A stretch of DNA of 64,000 nucleotides from Nitrospinales bacterium (GCA_023248495.1 JAHFEK010000007.1:4770-68769); one strand, 5' to 3'; shown: positions 12,022 to 22,942, numbered from the stretch's first letter. Translations and numbers: made by a program. The notes: generated by a model from the sequence alone, not told the origin.

Positions 12022-13133
12022 TGTTTGATTACACCTATTTGCCGGCGCCGAATCTCATCCCCTCCATCGTGGAGATGATGCTGAAGATCGTATTTATTTT
12101 CTCGATGAACATGGGGGTCTTCGCCCCGTTGCTCGGCTGGGTGGAGCGAAAGCAGTCGGCCCTCATGCAGGACCGCATCGGCGCGAACCGGGCCGAGATT
12201 TTCGGCTTCACGGTGTTCGGTCTTCTGCACACGGTTACGGACGCGATCAAGCTTCTCACGAAGGAGGATTTCATTCCGCGCGGCGCCGACAGGCCGTTGC
12301 ACTACCTGGCGCCGTTTATCGCGGTGGTGCCGTCGCTTGTCGCATTTGCGGTCATACCCTTTGGCGGCAAGTACATGCTCTGGGGGCATGAAGTGAATCT
12401 GGTTATCGCCGACCTCAATGTTGGCATGTTGTATGTTTTCGCGGTGGCTTCGCTGGCTACCTATGGCGCGGTGATTGCCGGCTGGGCTTCGAATAACAGT
12501 TGGTCAATGCTGGGCAGTATGCGCGTGGGCGCGCAGATGCTTTCGTATGAAGTGGCGATGGGCCTTACCCTCGTCGGCATTTTTATGGTGTACGGCAGCT
12601 TGCAGTTGACCACCATCGGCATGGCCCAGGAAAACTTCTTCCACTGGGGCATTTTCCTCCAGCCGCTCGGCTTCATACTGTTTATCGCCTGCGCTTTGGC
12701 GGAAAACAAGCGCACGCCGTTTGATATGCCGGAAGCGGAGTCTGAACTCATCGCCGGGTATTTCACCGAATACTCCGGGCTTAAGTTCGCCATGTTTTGG
12801 ATGGCGGAATTCCTGGAAATGGTGACTATCGCCGCGGTGCTGGTGGCGCTTTTCTTCGGCGGCTGGCACATCCCGTTCATCACTCACCAAGGGCTTATCG
12901 CCGCGATGGGTTACCTGTTCGGCGCCAACTTCGGGGCGATAGCGGCCATGATTATTCATGTCGCCGTGTTTTGGCTGAAGGTCGTCGTATGGATCATGAT
13001 TCTTATGCTCATCCGCTGGTCGTTGCCGCGTTTCCGGTTCGACCAAGTGATGAAGCTTGGCTGGAAAATCGTCCTGCCGCTGGCGCTGGCGAATATTTTT
13101 ATAACGGGCCTCGTTCTTTTGGCGGTGCGGTAA
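12021..13133 (+). CDS. nuoH: NADH-quinone oxidoreductase subunit H
   Basis: ERK..ALMQDRIG, DAIKLLTKE, SYEV, RTPFDMPEAESEL, LPRFRFDQ. Confidence 0.97.
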   Translation: MFDYTYLPAPNLIPSIVEMMLKIVFIFSMNMGVFAPLLGWVERKQSALMQDRIGANRAEIFGFTVFGLLHTVTDAIKLLTKEDFIPRGADRPLHYLAPFIAVVPSLVAFAVIPFGGKYMLWGHEVNLVIADLNVGMLYVFAVASLATYGAVIAGWASNNSWSMLGSMRVGAQMLSYEVAMGLTLVGIFMVYGSLQLTTIGMAQENFFHWGIFLQPLGFILFIACALAENKRTPFDMPEAESELIAGYFTEYSGLKFAMFWMAEFLEMVTIAAVLVALFFGGWHIPFITHQGLIAAMGYLFGANFGAIAAMIIHVAVFWLKVVVWIMILMLIRWSLPRFRFDQVMKLGWKIVLPLALANIFITGLVLLAVR

Positions 13134-13708
13134 TGGTGGCGAATTATAAAAAGGTTAACCGGGGCGTGACGCTCACCTTTTGGGAGCGGATATATGTGAT
13201 GGAAGTGATGCGCGGCATCATCATTACCGGGCGCCACTTTATCCGGAACTGGGTTTCCACCATCCGGTCGTATGTCAGCGGCAATCCCGCCGATCGCGGC
13301 ATCCCGACCATCTATTACCCGGAGGAAAAGCCGCTGCTGCCGGAAGCGTACCGTGGCCGCCCCATGCTGGTGCGCGCCGTCGATGGCAAGGAAAAGTGCG
13401 TGGCATGCGGGCTGTGCGAAGTGGCCTGCCCGCCCAAGTGCATCACTATTGTGGGCGCTATGCGGCCGGATGGCACGCGGTATCCCGAAACGTATACGCT
13501 TGACGGGGCGGTCTGCATTTTCTGCGGGCTGTGCGAAGAGGCCTGTCCGGAAGAAGCGATTGTGATGAGCCCCAACTATGAAGGGCTGGCGGAATATGAC
13601 CGCGGCCTGATGCTCTACGACAAAGAAGCGCTGCTCGTGCCCGAAGAGAAACTCCAAGGACGGCTGGATTACATTCGGCGGAGGATGTTCAACAAATGCA
13701 ACTACTGA
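13133..13708 (+). CDS. nuoI: NADH-quinone oxidoreductase subunit I
   Basis: YPEEK, CVACGLCEVACP and CIFCGLCEEACP; start at the TAATG overlap. Confidence 0.95.
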   Translation: MVANYKKVNRGVTLTFWERIYVMEVMRGIIITGRHFIRNWVSTIRSYVSGNPADRGIPTIYYPEEKPLLPEAYRGRPMLVRAVDGKEKCVACGLCEVACPPKCITIVGAMRPDGTRYPETYTLDGAVCIFCGLCEEACPEEAIVMSPNYEGLAEYDRGLMLYDKEALLVPEEKLQGRLDYIRRRMFNKCNY

Positions 13709-14193
13709 TTTTTTACGGGTTCGGCTTCTTTGCCCTGTTTTCGGGCATTGCGATGATTATGTCGCGCCAGCCGGTTACGTCCGCGCTTCTCATGGTGGTC
13801 AACATGTTCTGCCTGGCGGGCCTGTACGCGCAGCTCGGCGCGCACCTTATCGCCGTGCTGCAGGTGATGGTTTACGCCGGCGCCATCATGGTGTTGGTGC
13901 TTTTCGTCATCATGTTCCTGAACCTGCGCGAGAAGGCGGGCATTGTTTCGAAACACGGGGTGATGATGCAGGCGTTGGGTATCGCGGCGCTCGGCTTTGT
14001 CATCACCGCCATAATCGCGAAACTTGATATGGCGAAACTCCCCGCCGCCAAAGCGCCCGCCGCCGATTTCGGATCGGTCGCGGCGATTGGCCGTGTGTTG
14101 TTCACCGATTATCTGCTGCCGTTTGAAATAACCTCGGTTCTCCTGCTCGCGGCGATCGTGGGCGCGGTGGTTCTGGCAAAGAGGAAGGTCTGA
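13696..14193 (+). CDS. nuoJ: NADH-quinone oxidoreductase subunit J
   Basis: [31 protein letters not shown]. Confidence 0.96.
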   Translation: MQLLIFYGFGFFALFSGIAMIMSRQPVTSALLMVVNMFCLAGLYAQLGAHLIAVLQVMVYAGAIMVLVLFVIMFLNLREKAGIVSKHGVMMQALGIAALGFVITAIIAKLDMAKLPAAKAPAADFGSVAAIGRVLFTDYLLPFEITSVLLLAAIVGAVVLAKRKV

Positions 14194-14195
14194 CC

Positions 14196-14507
14196 ATGGA
14201 AATGCCCGTACCGTTACACCATTACCTGATCCTCTCCGGCATCCTGTTTTCCGTCGGGGTGGTTGGGGTTCTCTCCCGCCGCAACGCGATTATCATTTAC
14301 ATGTGCATTGAATTGATGCTGAACGCCGTCAATCTGACGCTGATCGCATTCTCGCGCCAGTTGGGCGATCTCAACGGGCAGTTGTTTACGTTCATGGTTA
14401 TGGCAGTGGCCGCCGCCGAGGCGGCCGTCGGCTTGGGGATCATAATTGCATTGTTCAGGAACCGCCAGTCCGTGGATGTGGACGACGTGAACCTGCTGAA
14501 AGGATGA
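14196..14507 (+). CDS. nuoK: NADH-quinone oxidoreductase subunit K
   Basis: [27 protein letters not shown]. Confidence 0.96.
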   Translation: MEMPVPLHHYLILSGILFSVGVVGVLSRRNAIIIYMCIELMLNAVNLTLIAFSRQLGDLNGQLFTFMVMAVAAAEAAVGLGIIIALFRNRQSVDVDDVNLLKG

Positions 14508-15976
14508 TGACGTTGAAAACGATAGTGTCAATAGTTCCTTTATTGGCAATTCTGGTTTCATTGCTGGCCGCATTCGGTATTTTCTTCCTGCGGAATTTAC
14601 CGAACTGGAGGGAAGGTTGCAGCATTTTGGCGGCATTGGTGAAATTTGGTTTGGTGATGTCGTTGTATCCCTTGATTAGGGATGGCTACACGATTGAGTG
14701 TCCCATTGTGGCGTTTCCGGCCGGCATTCTGCCCAATTTGTCGTTTGCCCTTCGAGTTGATGCTTTGGGATTTTTATTTGCCGGTGTCGCATCGTTCCTT
14801 TGGATTTTGACGACTCTGTACTCTATCGGCTACATGCGCACGTTGAAGGAACATGCCCAGGCCCGGTACTACGTTTGTTTTGCTCTTGCCCTCACGGGGG
14901 CTTTGGGCGTCGCCTTTTCGGCGAATTTGCTGACCTTGTTCTTGTTTTACGAGTTGATCACCGTTTCGACGTATTTATTGGTCGTTCATGAAGAAACGAC
15001 GGAAGCATATAGCGCCGGTACCAAGTACCTGACCTATTTGATGGGAACGGGCAAGCTGTTTTTCCTTCCGGCCATTATTTTTACGTATGGTTTGACGGGA
15101 ACGCTGGATTTTAAATCGGCCGGGATCTTTTCGGGCGTTAGCCCGTTTTGGGTGGGTTTGACCCTTATATTATTCGTGGTCGGCGTTGCCAAGGCCGGTC
15201 TCATGCCGTTCCATAATTGGTTGCCTTCGGCGATGGTGGCCCCTACCCCGGTTAGCGCGCTGTTGCACGCCGTGGCGGTTGTGAAAGCCGGCGTATTTAC
15301 CATCGTCAGAATTGTTGTGCATATTTACGGAGTTGATTTCTTAAGCACGATGGGTCTTGGCGCCTGGATGGCGCTGTTCGCTTCCATAACCGTGGTCGGC
15401 GCGTCGATTATCGCCTTGCGGCAGGACAACTTGAAGATGCGATTGGCCTATTCGACGATTTCCCAGCTATCGTATGTGGTATTGGGGGTCATGCTGTTAA
15501 GTCCCGACGGTGTCAGGGGAAGCATTCTGCAGATTGTGGCCCATGCATTTGGAAAGATCACGTTGTTTTTTTGCGCCGGGGCGATTTACGTTGGCATTCA
15601 TAAAAAGTACATAAGCGAGATGGCCGGTATTGGAAAAACGATGCCATGGACCATGGGGGCGTTTACCGTGGGCGCCTTCAGCATGATAGGGGTTCCCCCA
15701 TTGGCGGGTTTTGCCGTGAAATGGAGGCTGCTGTTGGGAGCGATGGAGGCGCATCAAATCCTGATTGTGGGGGTTTTGCTGGGAAGCACGCTGTTGAACG
15801 CGGCTTATTTCCTGCCCATTTTAAAGACGGCATATTTTGATGAATCCGCCGATGCGGCCCATCAACATGAAGCCCCCTTGATAATGAGGGTCGCCTTGAT
15901 TTCAACCGCGATAGGAACCTGTTTGGTCGGGTTGTATTCGGATTTCTTTGTAAGCTTGCTGAAGGGAATAGCGTAA
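14504..15976 (+). CDS. MrpD-family proton/cation antiporter-like subunit (extra subunit)
   Basis: About 14 TM helices; [65 protein letters not shown]; lower GC than flanking nuo genes. Confidence 0.85.
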   Translation: MMTLKTIVSIVPLLAILVSLLAAFGIFFLRNLPNWREGCSILAALVKFGLVMSLYPLIRDGYTIECPIVAFPAGILPNLSFALRVDALGFLFAGVASFLWILTTLYSIGYMRTLKEHAQARYYVCFALALTGALGVAFSANLLTLFLFYELITVSTYLLVVHEETTEAYSAGTKYLTYLMGTGKLFFLPAIIFTYGLTGTLDFKSAGIFSGVSPFWVGLTLILFVVGVAKAGLMPFHNWLPSAMVAPTPVSALLHAVAVVKAGVFTIVRIVVHIYGVDFLSTMGLGAWMALFASITVVGASIIALRQDNLKMRLAYSTISQLSYVVLGVMLLSPDGVRGSILQIVAHAFGKITLFFCAGAIYVGIHKKYISEMAGIGKTMPWTMGAFTVGAFSMIGVPPLAGFAVKWRLLLGAMEAHQILIVGVLLGSTLLNAAYFLPILKTAYFDESADAAHQHEAPLIMRVALISTAIGTCLVGLYSDFFVSLLKGIA

Positions 15977-16003
15977 CGTGGAATGCGCGGGACGGGGGAT
16001 AAA

Positions 16004-16255
16004 ATGAAGCCGGACAAACTGATTTTATCGGTGCTGGAAATGCTTAAAAAGCGGGGCATGAAATTGTTTTATATCAGCCTCGCCGCGTTGGTCGCCGTGG
16101 ACGTGTTCGTCCCGAAGACGGAACCCGAGTTTACGGGGCACACGTGGGTTGGTTTTTACGCATTTTATGGTTTCATATCATGCGTTCTGATCATTGTCAT
16201 ATCAAAGGCGCTGGGAAAATTGTTCTTGTTCAAGAAAGAAGATTTTTATGATTGA
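16004..16255 (+). CDS. Small two-TM protein of the Mrp-like module
   Basis: Two hydrophobic segments; GFYAFYGFISCV and terminal EDFYD; overlaps the next gene. Confidence 0.75.
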   Translation: MKPDKLILSVLEMLKKRGMKLFYISLAALVAVDVFVPKTEPEFTGHTWVGFYAFYGFISCVLIIVISKALGKLFLFKKEDFYD

Positions 16256-18005
16256 TTGCCTTAGTCCCGCCTGGGTTTATTTGTTGGGAGCCCTTGGCTT
16301 GCCCTTGGTGCGGAAGTATCGCGCGGCGTATCTTCTAAGCATTCCCGTTGTGGCGGGCTTGGTGTGGTTCCTGTTGCCCTTCGGGAACCATCATATGTAT
16401 GAATTCATGGGTCAGCATATTGTTATGACCCGGGTCGATAAGCTAAGCCGGCTGTTTGGGCTGGTCTTTGTAATCGCGTCCTTTTGTGGCGTTGTTTATG
16501 GCTTGCATGAAAAGGAACGGACGGGCCTCTGGATGGGGGCGTTTTTTTATGTCGGCGGCGCCATGAGTGTCGTCTTTGCCGGGGATTTGATAACCCTTTT
16601 CATTTTTTCCGAGGTTATGGCATTCTCATCCCTCCTGTTGATCAGCTTCGAGAAGACGAATAGCGCGCTTAGCGCCGGTTTCCGTTATATTCTCGTGCAT
16701 ATATTCTCCGGCGTTTGCATGGTGGGCGGCATTGCGATACACGCGAGCCAAACGGGAAACGTGGCCTTTAACGGGCTGGGGGTCTCGGACTTGGGCGGTC
16801 AATTGGTATTGATCGGCTTTTTGGTGAATGCGGCGGTTCCCCCGCTGTCGGCGTGGCTTTCCGACGCCTATCCCGAAGCAACGATCGTCGGAGCCGTATT
16901 CTGTTCCGCTTTCACCACAAAAACCGCCGTTTACTGCCTGATGCGCGGATATGCCGGCACCGACATCCTGATCTGGATGGGCGTTATCATGGCTCTTTAT
17001 GGCGTTGTTTACGCAGTTTTGGAAAACGACATTCGCCGCCTCTTGTCGTACCACATCATCAGCCAAGTGGGTTACATGGTCGCCGGCGTGGGAATGGGCA
17101 CCGAAATGGCGCTCAACGGATCGGGCGCCCATGCGTTCACCCACATTTTGTACAAGGGTTTGTTGTTCATGGGAACCGGCGCGGTCATCCATGTTACCGG
17201 CAAGAGGAAGCTGACCGAACTGGGCGGGGTTTATAAATTCATGCCCATAACAATGACGCTGTACATGATCGGCGGATTTTCGATCTCCGCGTTCCCCTTG
17301 TTCAGCGGTTTTGTCAGCAAGTCGATGGTCGTGGCCGCGGCCGAGCACGCGCATTTGCTGCCCGTCTATCTGCTGCTGACCTTGGCCTCCGCCGGTACGT
17401 TCCTGCATACCGGGTTAAAGCTCCCCTTCTACACGTTCTTCTATCAAGACTGGCGCGGCGAGCATTTGAAGGAAGCTCCCACCAACATGCTGGTTGCGAT
17501 GGCCATCATGTCGGCGTTTTGCATCGGCATCGGTATGTTCCCGCAGCCCCTGTATTCGTTGCTGCCCCACCCGGTTCATTTTGAGCCGTACTCCGCCTGG
17601 CACGTCGTCAGCTCCCTTCAGGTGTTGATGTTTACGGGGCTTGGATTTTATGTATTGCTGAAAATGCTCACCCCGGATGTTGGCGTCAGCATGGACACCG
17701 AATGGTTTTACCGCAAGGGAGGCTATTTTATCGGCCGTCAAGTCACTTCGGGGATTGTGTATTTGGATTCATTGACGAATAACTTTTACCTGCGCGGCTT
17801 TACCGCGGTTAAGTGGATTTCCAAAATGAGCCATTGGGTGGATGCCAACATCGTCGACAAGGTCGTAAACGATGTGGCAAAGTTCTTTATGGCGCTGAGC
17901 GAATATGCCCGGCGTATGCAGCCCGGTTTGGTGCGCAGCTACGCCTTTACCATGGCGCTTGCGTTTGTTCTGTTGGCCGGTTACTACCTGTGGGGGGGTA
18001 AATAA
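16248..18005 (+). CDS. Antiporter-like subunit in the NuoL position (Mrp D2-type body, NuoL-like C-terminal tail)
   Basis: NAAVPPLSAWLSDAYPEAT, FTTKTAVY, LLSYHIISQVGYM, HILYKGLLFM; tail IVDKVVNDVA..RRMQPGLVRSYAFTM looks like NuoL. Confidence 0.8.
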   Translation: MIDCLSPAWVYLLGALGLPLVRKYRAAYLLSIPVVAGLVWFLLPFGNHHMYEFMGQHIVMTRVDKLSRLFGLVFVIASFCGVVYGLHEKERTGLWMGAFFYVGGAMSVVFAGDLITLFIFSEVMAFSSLLLISFEKTNSALSAGFRYILVHIFSGVCMVGGIAIHASQTGNVAFNGLGVSDLGGQLVLIGFLVNAAVPPLSAWLSDAYPEATIVGAVFCSAFTTKTAVYCLMRGYAGTDILIWMGVIMALYGVVYAVLENDIRRLLSYHIISQVGYMVAGVGMGTEMALNGSGAHAFTHILYKGLLFMGTGAVIHVTGKRKLTELGGVYKFMPITMTLYMIGGFSISAFPLFSGFVSKSMVVAAAEHAHLLPVYLLLTLASAGTFLHTGLKLPFYTFFYQDWRGEHLKEAPTNMLVAMAIMSAFCIGIGMFPQPLYSLLPHPVHFEPYSAWHVVSSLQVLMFTGLGFYVLLKMLTPDVGVSMDTEWFYRKGGYFIGRQVTSGIVYLDSLTNNFYLRGFTAVKWISKMSHWVDANIVDKVVNDVAKFFMALSEYARRMQPGLVRSYAFTMALAFVLLAGYYLWGGK

Positions 18006-18007
18006 GC

Positions 18008-19555
18008 ATGTTCCCCATTCTTAGCGCCGTAATTCTGATACCGCTTATCGGGGCCTTAACCCTTCTCTTCGTGCCGAAGAAAAGCGAGAACCTTATCCGC
18101 GGCATCACCCTTCTAACGGCGATTATCGATTTCGCGGTGTCGTTGCCGCTGTATTGCGACTTCAAAGAGGGAACCGCCGCAATGCAGTTCGCCGAGCGGA
18201 TTCCGTGGATACCCTCGTGGGGCGCGGAGTACTCGCTGGGACTGGATGGCATCTCGCTGTTTATGGTGCTGTTGACCACCTTTAGCTGCGTCGTTGTCTA
18301 TCTCGCCACCTGGACCGCGGTGGAAAAACACGTCAAGGAATTTAACATCGCCCTGCTCGTCCTGCAGGCGGCGATGGTGGGCGTGTTCTGCGCGCTGGAT
18401 TTTGTGCTTTTCTATGTTTTCTGGGAGCTGATGCTGATCCCGATGTATTTGCTCATCGGAATTTGGGGCGGGCAGCGGAGAATTTACGCCACCGTTAAAT
18501 TCTTCATTTATACGATGGGCGGATCCGTGCTGATGCTGTTCGCGATTCTGGTGCTTTACTTCCAGTATCACGCGGCGACCGGAATCTATACGTTCGACAT
18601 CCTCAAATATCACTCGTTCGCGATGGACAAAACCCTCCAATTTTGGCTGTTCCTTTGCTTCTTCATCGCCTTCGCGATAAAGGTGCCGATCTGGCCGTTC
18701 CACACCTGGTTGCCGGACGCTCACGTCGAGGCGCCCACCGCCGGTTCCGTGATCCTCGCCGGCATCCTGCTGAAAATGGGCACGTATGGTTTCCTGCGGT
18801 TTTCACTTCCTATATTCCCCGACGCATCCGTATCCGCGGCGTGGTGGGTAAGCGCAGTCGCCATCATAGGAATAATTTTTGGCGCGTTTATGGCCCTGGC
18901 GCAAGACGACATGAAGAAACTGGTGGCGTATTCCTCCGTAAGCCACCTGGGATTCGTTGTGCTTGGCACGTTCGCGTTCACGCTGCGGGGTATTTCGGGC
19001 GGGATCATGCAGATGATAAACCACGGAATATCAACCGGCGCATTGTTCCTCATCGTCGGCATTTTGTACGAAAGGCGGCATACGCGCCTGATAGCCGAAT
19101 ACGGCGGCATCGCGAAAGTGATGCCAAAATTCGCCTTTATTTTCATCATAGTCGCGCTTTCTTCGATGGGAATGCCGCTCACTAACGGGTTCATAGGGGA
19201 AGTGATGATTTTAATCGGCGTGTTCGAAGCCAACTCGGTGTACGCGGCGCTTGCGGTGGTCGGCGTTCTGCTGGGAGCGGCATACATGCTCTGGTTGTTC
19301 CGCCGCGTGATGTTCGGCGATTTGACCAACGAGAAGAACAAAACGCTGCCGGATTTGTCCGCGCGCGAGCTGACCTACATGGCGCCGCTGATTGTAATGA
19401 TATTTTTGCTTGGGGTTTACCCCAATCCGGTGATTCGAAAAATGGACGCCACTGTGGCCAACTTGGTTGCCACCATGGAAAAGGCAAAAGTGGCGCGGCT
19501 GGCGCATCCCGCGGCCCTCGCCGCCAACTTGGATATGGATAAGAAGAGGGACTAA
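18008..19555 (+). CDS. nuoM: NADH-quinone oxidoreductase subunit M
   Basis: LGLDGISL, FYVFWELMLIPMY, FAIKVPIWPFHTWLPDAHVEAPTAGS, AYSSVSHLG. Confidence 0.97.
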   Translation: MFPILSAVILIPLIGALTLLFVPKKSENLIRGITLLTAIIDFAVSLPLYCDFKEGTAAMQFAERIPWIPSWGAEYSLGLDGISLFMVLLTTFSCVVVYLATWTAVEKHVKEFNIALLVLQAAMVGVFCALDFVLFYVFWELMLIPMYLLIGIWGGQRRIYATVKFFIYTMGGSVLMLFAILVLYFQYHAATGIYTFDILKYHSFAMDKTLQFWLFLCFFIAFAIKVPIWPFHTWLPDAHVEAPTAGSVILAGILLKMGTYGFLRFSLPIFPDASVSAAWWVSAVAIIGIIFGAFMALAQDDMKKLVAYSSVSHLGFVVLGTFAFTLRGISGGIMQMINHGISTGALFLIVGILYERRHTRLIAEYGGIAKVMPKFAFIFIIVALSSMGMPLTNGFIGEVMILIGVFEANSVYAALAVVGVLLGAAYMLWLFRRVMFGDLTNEKNKTLPDLSARELTYMAPLIVMIFLLGVYPNPVIRKMDATVANLVATMEKAKVARLAHPAALAANLDMDKKRD

Positions 19556-21006
19556 TGGTTATTGTGCCGCCTTCCATTGATTTGGCCGCCGTCGGGCCCG
19601 AACTGATTTTGACCGGCGTGGCATCGCTGTTGTTGCTTGTAGGCGCGTTCTTTAAAGAACAGAGCCGCGCCCTGAATCCGTGGATCGCCCTCACCGGGGT
19701 CATCTTCGCCGCCGGTTGCGCGTCCGGCCCCCTGTTCCCGCACTCGACGTTTCAGGGTATGTACTCGGCGGATCTGTTTGCCCAGTTCTTTAAGCTGCTG
19801 TTCCTGCTGGGCACCGCCATGACCATCCTTATTTCCATCAAGTACACCGTCGACGAGCAGATCGAGCACGCCGAATACTATGCGCTGTTGCTGTTCGCCA
19901 CCGTCGGCATGATGCTGATGGCGGCCGCATCGGATTTGGTCACGGTGTTCCTCGGCATTGAGTTGCTTTCCATTTCACTCTATGTCCTTGCGGGGTACAC
20001 CCGCACGCGGCTTGTTTCAAACGAAGCCTCTCTGAAGTATTTCCTGCTGGGCGGCTTTGCCACGGGCTTCCTGCTGTATGGCATGGCGCTTATCTATGGT
20101 TGCACCGGCCATACCAACTTGGCCAAGATTGCCTACGCGGTTTCGCACGGCAGCCTTAACACGGGCCTGCTCACCATCGGCGCGTTGCTCTTGCTGGTGG
20201 GGCTGGGTTTCAAGGTCGCGGCCGCGCCTTTCCACCAGTGGACGCCGGACGTGTATCAGGGCGCGCCTATTCCGGTGACGGCGTTCATGTCCGCCGGGCC
20301 GAAAGCCGCCGTGCTGGCGGTGATGATCCGGATGTTCGAGCAGTCGATTGCGTTCATGAATGTCGACTGGATTGTCTGGATCGCCGTGTTGGCGGTGCTC
20401 ACCATGACGGTGGGCAACATCGCCGCGCTGGTGCAGACCGACGCTAAACGGATGCTCGCCTTTTCGTCGATTTCCCACGCGGGCTACGCGATGGTCGGCA
20501 TGGCCGCCGCCAGCCGCGAAGGCTCAAGCGCGGTGCTCTATTACATGCTGGTGTACACGTTCATGAACATCGGCGCGTTCGGCATTCTGGCTCTTGTTGC
20601 GCGGCAAAACGAACAGCGGACCGCCATGCGCGACTTCACGGGATTTGCCTACAAGAATCCCGGTCTGGCGTTTGTAATGACCATCCTCGTCTTCTCGCTG
20701 GCCGGCATCCCGCCGATGGCGGGTTTCATGGCGAAGTTCTACATCTTCATGTCCGCCATCAAGGCGGGGCAGAATTTCCTGGTTATCGCGGCGGTGCTGA
20801 ATTCCGCCATCGGCATCTACTACTATCTCCGCTTCGCCATCTACATGTACATGAAGGAAGAGGCGGGGCCGAGCACCTTGCCGCCGTTACGCGCCTCGCT
20901 GGGGCTCATCCTCGCGCTGGTGATATCGCTCTACGGCGTCATCCGCCTTGGTATCCTTCCGGCGGAATACCTCGATTTCGCCGGCAAGGCGCTCCTCTCG
21001 TTCTAA
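19555..21006 (+). CDS. nuoN: NADH-quinone oxidoreductase subunit N
   Basis: EASLKYFLLG, FKVAAAPFHQWTPDVYQGAP, KRMLAFSSISHAGY, AGIPPMAGFMAKF. Confidence 0.97.
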   Translation: MVIVPPSIDLAAVGPELILTGVASLLLLVGAFFKEQSRALNPWIALTGVIFAAGCASGPLFPHSTFQGMYSADLFAQFFKLLFLLGTAMTILISIKYTVDEQIEHAEYYALLLFATVGMMLMAAASDLVTVFLGIELLSISLYVLAGYTRTRLVSNEASLKYFLLGGFATGFLLYGMALIYGCTGHTNLAKIAYAVSHGSLNTGLLTIGALLLLVGLGFKVAAAPFHQWTPDVYQGAPIPVTAFMSAGPKAAVLAVMIRMFEQSIAFMNVDWIVWIAVLAVLTMTVGNIAALVQTDAKRMLAFSSISHAGYAMVGMAAASREGSSAVLYYMLVYTFMNIGAFGILALVARQNEQRTAMRDFTGFAYKNPGLAFVMTILVFSLAGIPPMAGFMAKFYIFMSAIKAGQNFLVIAAVLNSAIGIYYYLRFAIYMYMKEEAGPSTLPPLRASLGLILALVISLYGVIRLGILPAEYLDFAGKALLSF

Positions 21007-21021
21007 AATTGGCGTTCATTC

Positions 21022-21050
21022 AAAGGCCGGGTTAAACCCCGGCCTTTTTT
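21022..21050. terminator. Bidirectional intrinsic terminator between nuoN and ruvA
   Basis: AAAGGCCGGG-loop-CCCGGCCTTTTTT between convergent genes. Confidence 0.85.
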
Positions 21051-21052
21051 GT

Positions 21053-21640
21053 TTACAGCGAGAGGTGTTTAAGGGATTTTTTGAGGAGGTCGGCCAGCGA
21101 CGCGTCCGGCGATTCGGCGGTGATTTTCAGCAGCGTTTTTTCAGCGTCTTTCTTTTGATACCCCAGGTTCACCAGCGCGGCAAGGGCATCGGCAATGTTG
21201 CGTTGTGCTTCGTTCTCCGGCGCGGCGCTTATCGTGGATGGGCCGAATTTGTCCTTCAACTCCAGGATGATACGCTCGGCGGTTTTTGCGCCGACGCCGG
21301 GTATTTTTGAGAGCCTCGTCTTGTCACCGGTTACGATGGCATTCTCCAGCGCGTCCGGCCTTACTCCCGAAAGGATGGCGCAGGCCAGCCGCGGCCCGAT
21401 GCGGGTGACGGAAATCAGCTTTAGGAACATCTCCTTTTCGTCGCGGCTGGCGAAACCGTAGAGGTGCAGCGCGTCTTCACGGGCGATGGTGACGGTCGGC
21501 ATCTGGGCCGGTTCTCCCTCGCGCGGCAACGATTCGTACCCCGATAGCGTGATGAAAAGGCGGTAGCCCACGCCTCCCGCCTCGATGACGGCGTATTGCG
21601 GTTTTTTTTCCAGCAGCGTTCCGCGCAGATGGGCGATCAT
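21053..21640 (-). CDS. ruvA: Holliday junction DNA helicase subunit RuvA
   Basis: MIAHLRG, LYGF..DEKEMF, GPRLA, IPGVGAKTAERIILEL, ALVNLGY. Confidence 0.97.
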   Translation of the reverse strand: MIAHLRGTLLEKKPQYAVIEAGGVGYRLFITLSGYESLPREGEPAQMPTVTIAREDALHLYGFASRDEKEMFLKLISVTRIGPRLACAILSGVRPDALENAIVTGDKTRLSKIPGVGAKTAERIILELKDKFGPSTISAAPENEAQRNIADALAALVNLGYQKKDAEKTLLKITAESPDASLADLLKKSLKHLSL

Positions 21641-22179
21641 CCCCTTACTCCCCGTTTGATACGGCGCGCGGCTGGCGCGGCTTCTTTCACCGCGGATAAT
21701 TTACGGCGCAATGGCGCGGCATGCAGGTGCGTGACCGCCACCGCCAGCGCATCGGTTACATCTTCCGGCTTCGGTATCTCCTTCATGTTCAGCAGGCGGC
21801 AAACCATCGCCGCCACCTGTCCTTTTCCGGCGTGGCCCGCCCCCACCAGCGCCTTCTTTACTTGCAAGGCGGTGTATTCGTTAAACGGCAGATTTTGCAA
21901 TAGCGCCGGTAAAAATGCGGCCGCGCGCGCGTGTCCCAGCACCAGCGCCGAACGCGGGTTCTCGGCGAAGAAAACGATTTCCACCGCGACTTCGTCCGGC
22001 TGATATTCAATGATGATTTCGGCGTATGCCTCGAAAAGATATTTCAGGCGCGGGTGCAGTTCCTTGGTGGGGGGCGGTTTCACAACGCCCCACGCCACCG
22101 GCGCGAGGATGCCCCCCCGTTCTTCCACGACGCCGTATCCGGCCACACGGCTGCCGGGGTCGATGCCGAGCACCCTCAT
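21637..22179 (-). CDS. ruvC: Crossover junction endodeoxyribonuclease RuvC
   Basis: VLGIDPGS, AVEIVFF, VKKALVG, DVTDALAVA. Confidence 0.97.
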   Translation of the reverse strand: MRVLGIDPGSRVAGYGVVEERGGILAPVAWGVVKPPPTKELHPRLKYLFEAYAEIIIEYQPDEVAVEIVFFAENPRSALVLGHARAAAFLPALLQNLPFNEYTALQVKKALVGAGHAGKGQVAAMVCRLLNMKEIPKPEDVTDALAVAVTHLHAAPLRRKLSAVKEAAPAARRIKRGVRG

Positions 22180-22189
22180 TGAACGGGGT

Positions 22190-22942
22190 TCACTCGTTGG
22201 CGAGCGCCTCCATAATGTCGTCGGAGATGTCGAAGTTGGCCGAGACCTTTTGCACGTCGTCGTGGTCGTCCAACAGCTCCATCAGTTTGAGCATTGTCCG
22301 CGCCTTGTCTTCGGTAAGCGCCACGGTGCTTTGCGGAATCATCATCGCTTCCGCCAGCGTTGGTTTCAGGTTTTTCTTTTCCACCGCCTGCTTCACCGCC
22401 TCGAAATCCTCATAGGCGGTGACCACCTCGTAGTTTTCGGGCAACACATGCATATCTTCCGCGCCGGCGTTTATCACCAGTTCCATCAGGTCATCTTCTT
22501 TTATCTGATCCTTGGGGATGACGATCATCCCTTTTTTGTGGAACATCCAGTTTACGCAGCCCACTTCGCCCATGCTGCCGCCCCACTTGGTAAGAATCGA
22601 ACGGATTTCGCCGACGGTGCGGTTTTTGTTGTCGGTCATGGCGTTTATCAGCAGCGCCACGCCGCCGGGGCCGTACCCCTCGTAGGTGATTTCATCATAA
22701 CTGGCGCCTTCCAGCTCGCCGGTGCCTTTTTTGATGGCGCGGTCGATGGTGTCGTTCGGCATGTTGGCGCCCTTGGCCTTGTCCACCGCCGTGCGCATGC
22801 GCGGATTTGCGTTGAGATCGCCGCCGCCGAGGCGCGCCGCAACGGTGATTTCTTTAATGATTTTTCCCCAGAGCTTGCCGCGCTTGGCGTCGGTCGCCCC
22901 TTTTTTATGTTTTATCGTCGCCCACTTGGAATGACCCGACAC
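22190..22942 (-). CDS. yebC: YebC/PmpR family protein
   Basis: [32 protein letters not shown]; GTG start with a G-rich RBS. Confidence 0.97.
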   Translation of the reverse strand: MSGHSKWATIKHKKGATDAKRGKLWGKIIKEITVAARLGGGDLNANPRMRTAVDKAKGANMPNDTIDRAIKKGTGELEGASYDEITYEGYGPGGVALLINAMTDNKNRTVGEIRSILTKWGGSMGEVGCVNWMFHKKGMIVIPKDQIKEDDLMELVINAGAEDMHVLPENYEVVTAYEDFEAVKQAVEKKNLKPTLAEAMMIPQSTVALTEDKARTMLKLMELLDDHDDVQKVSANFDISDDIMEALANE

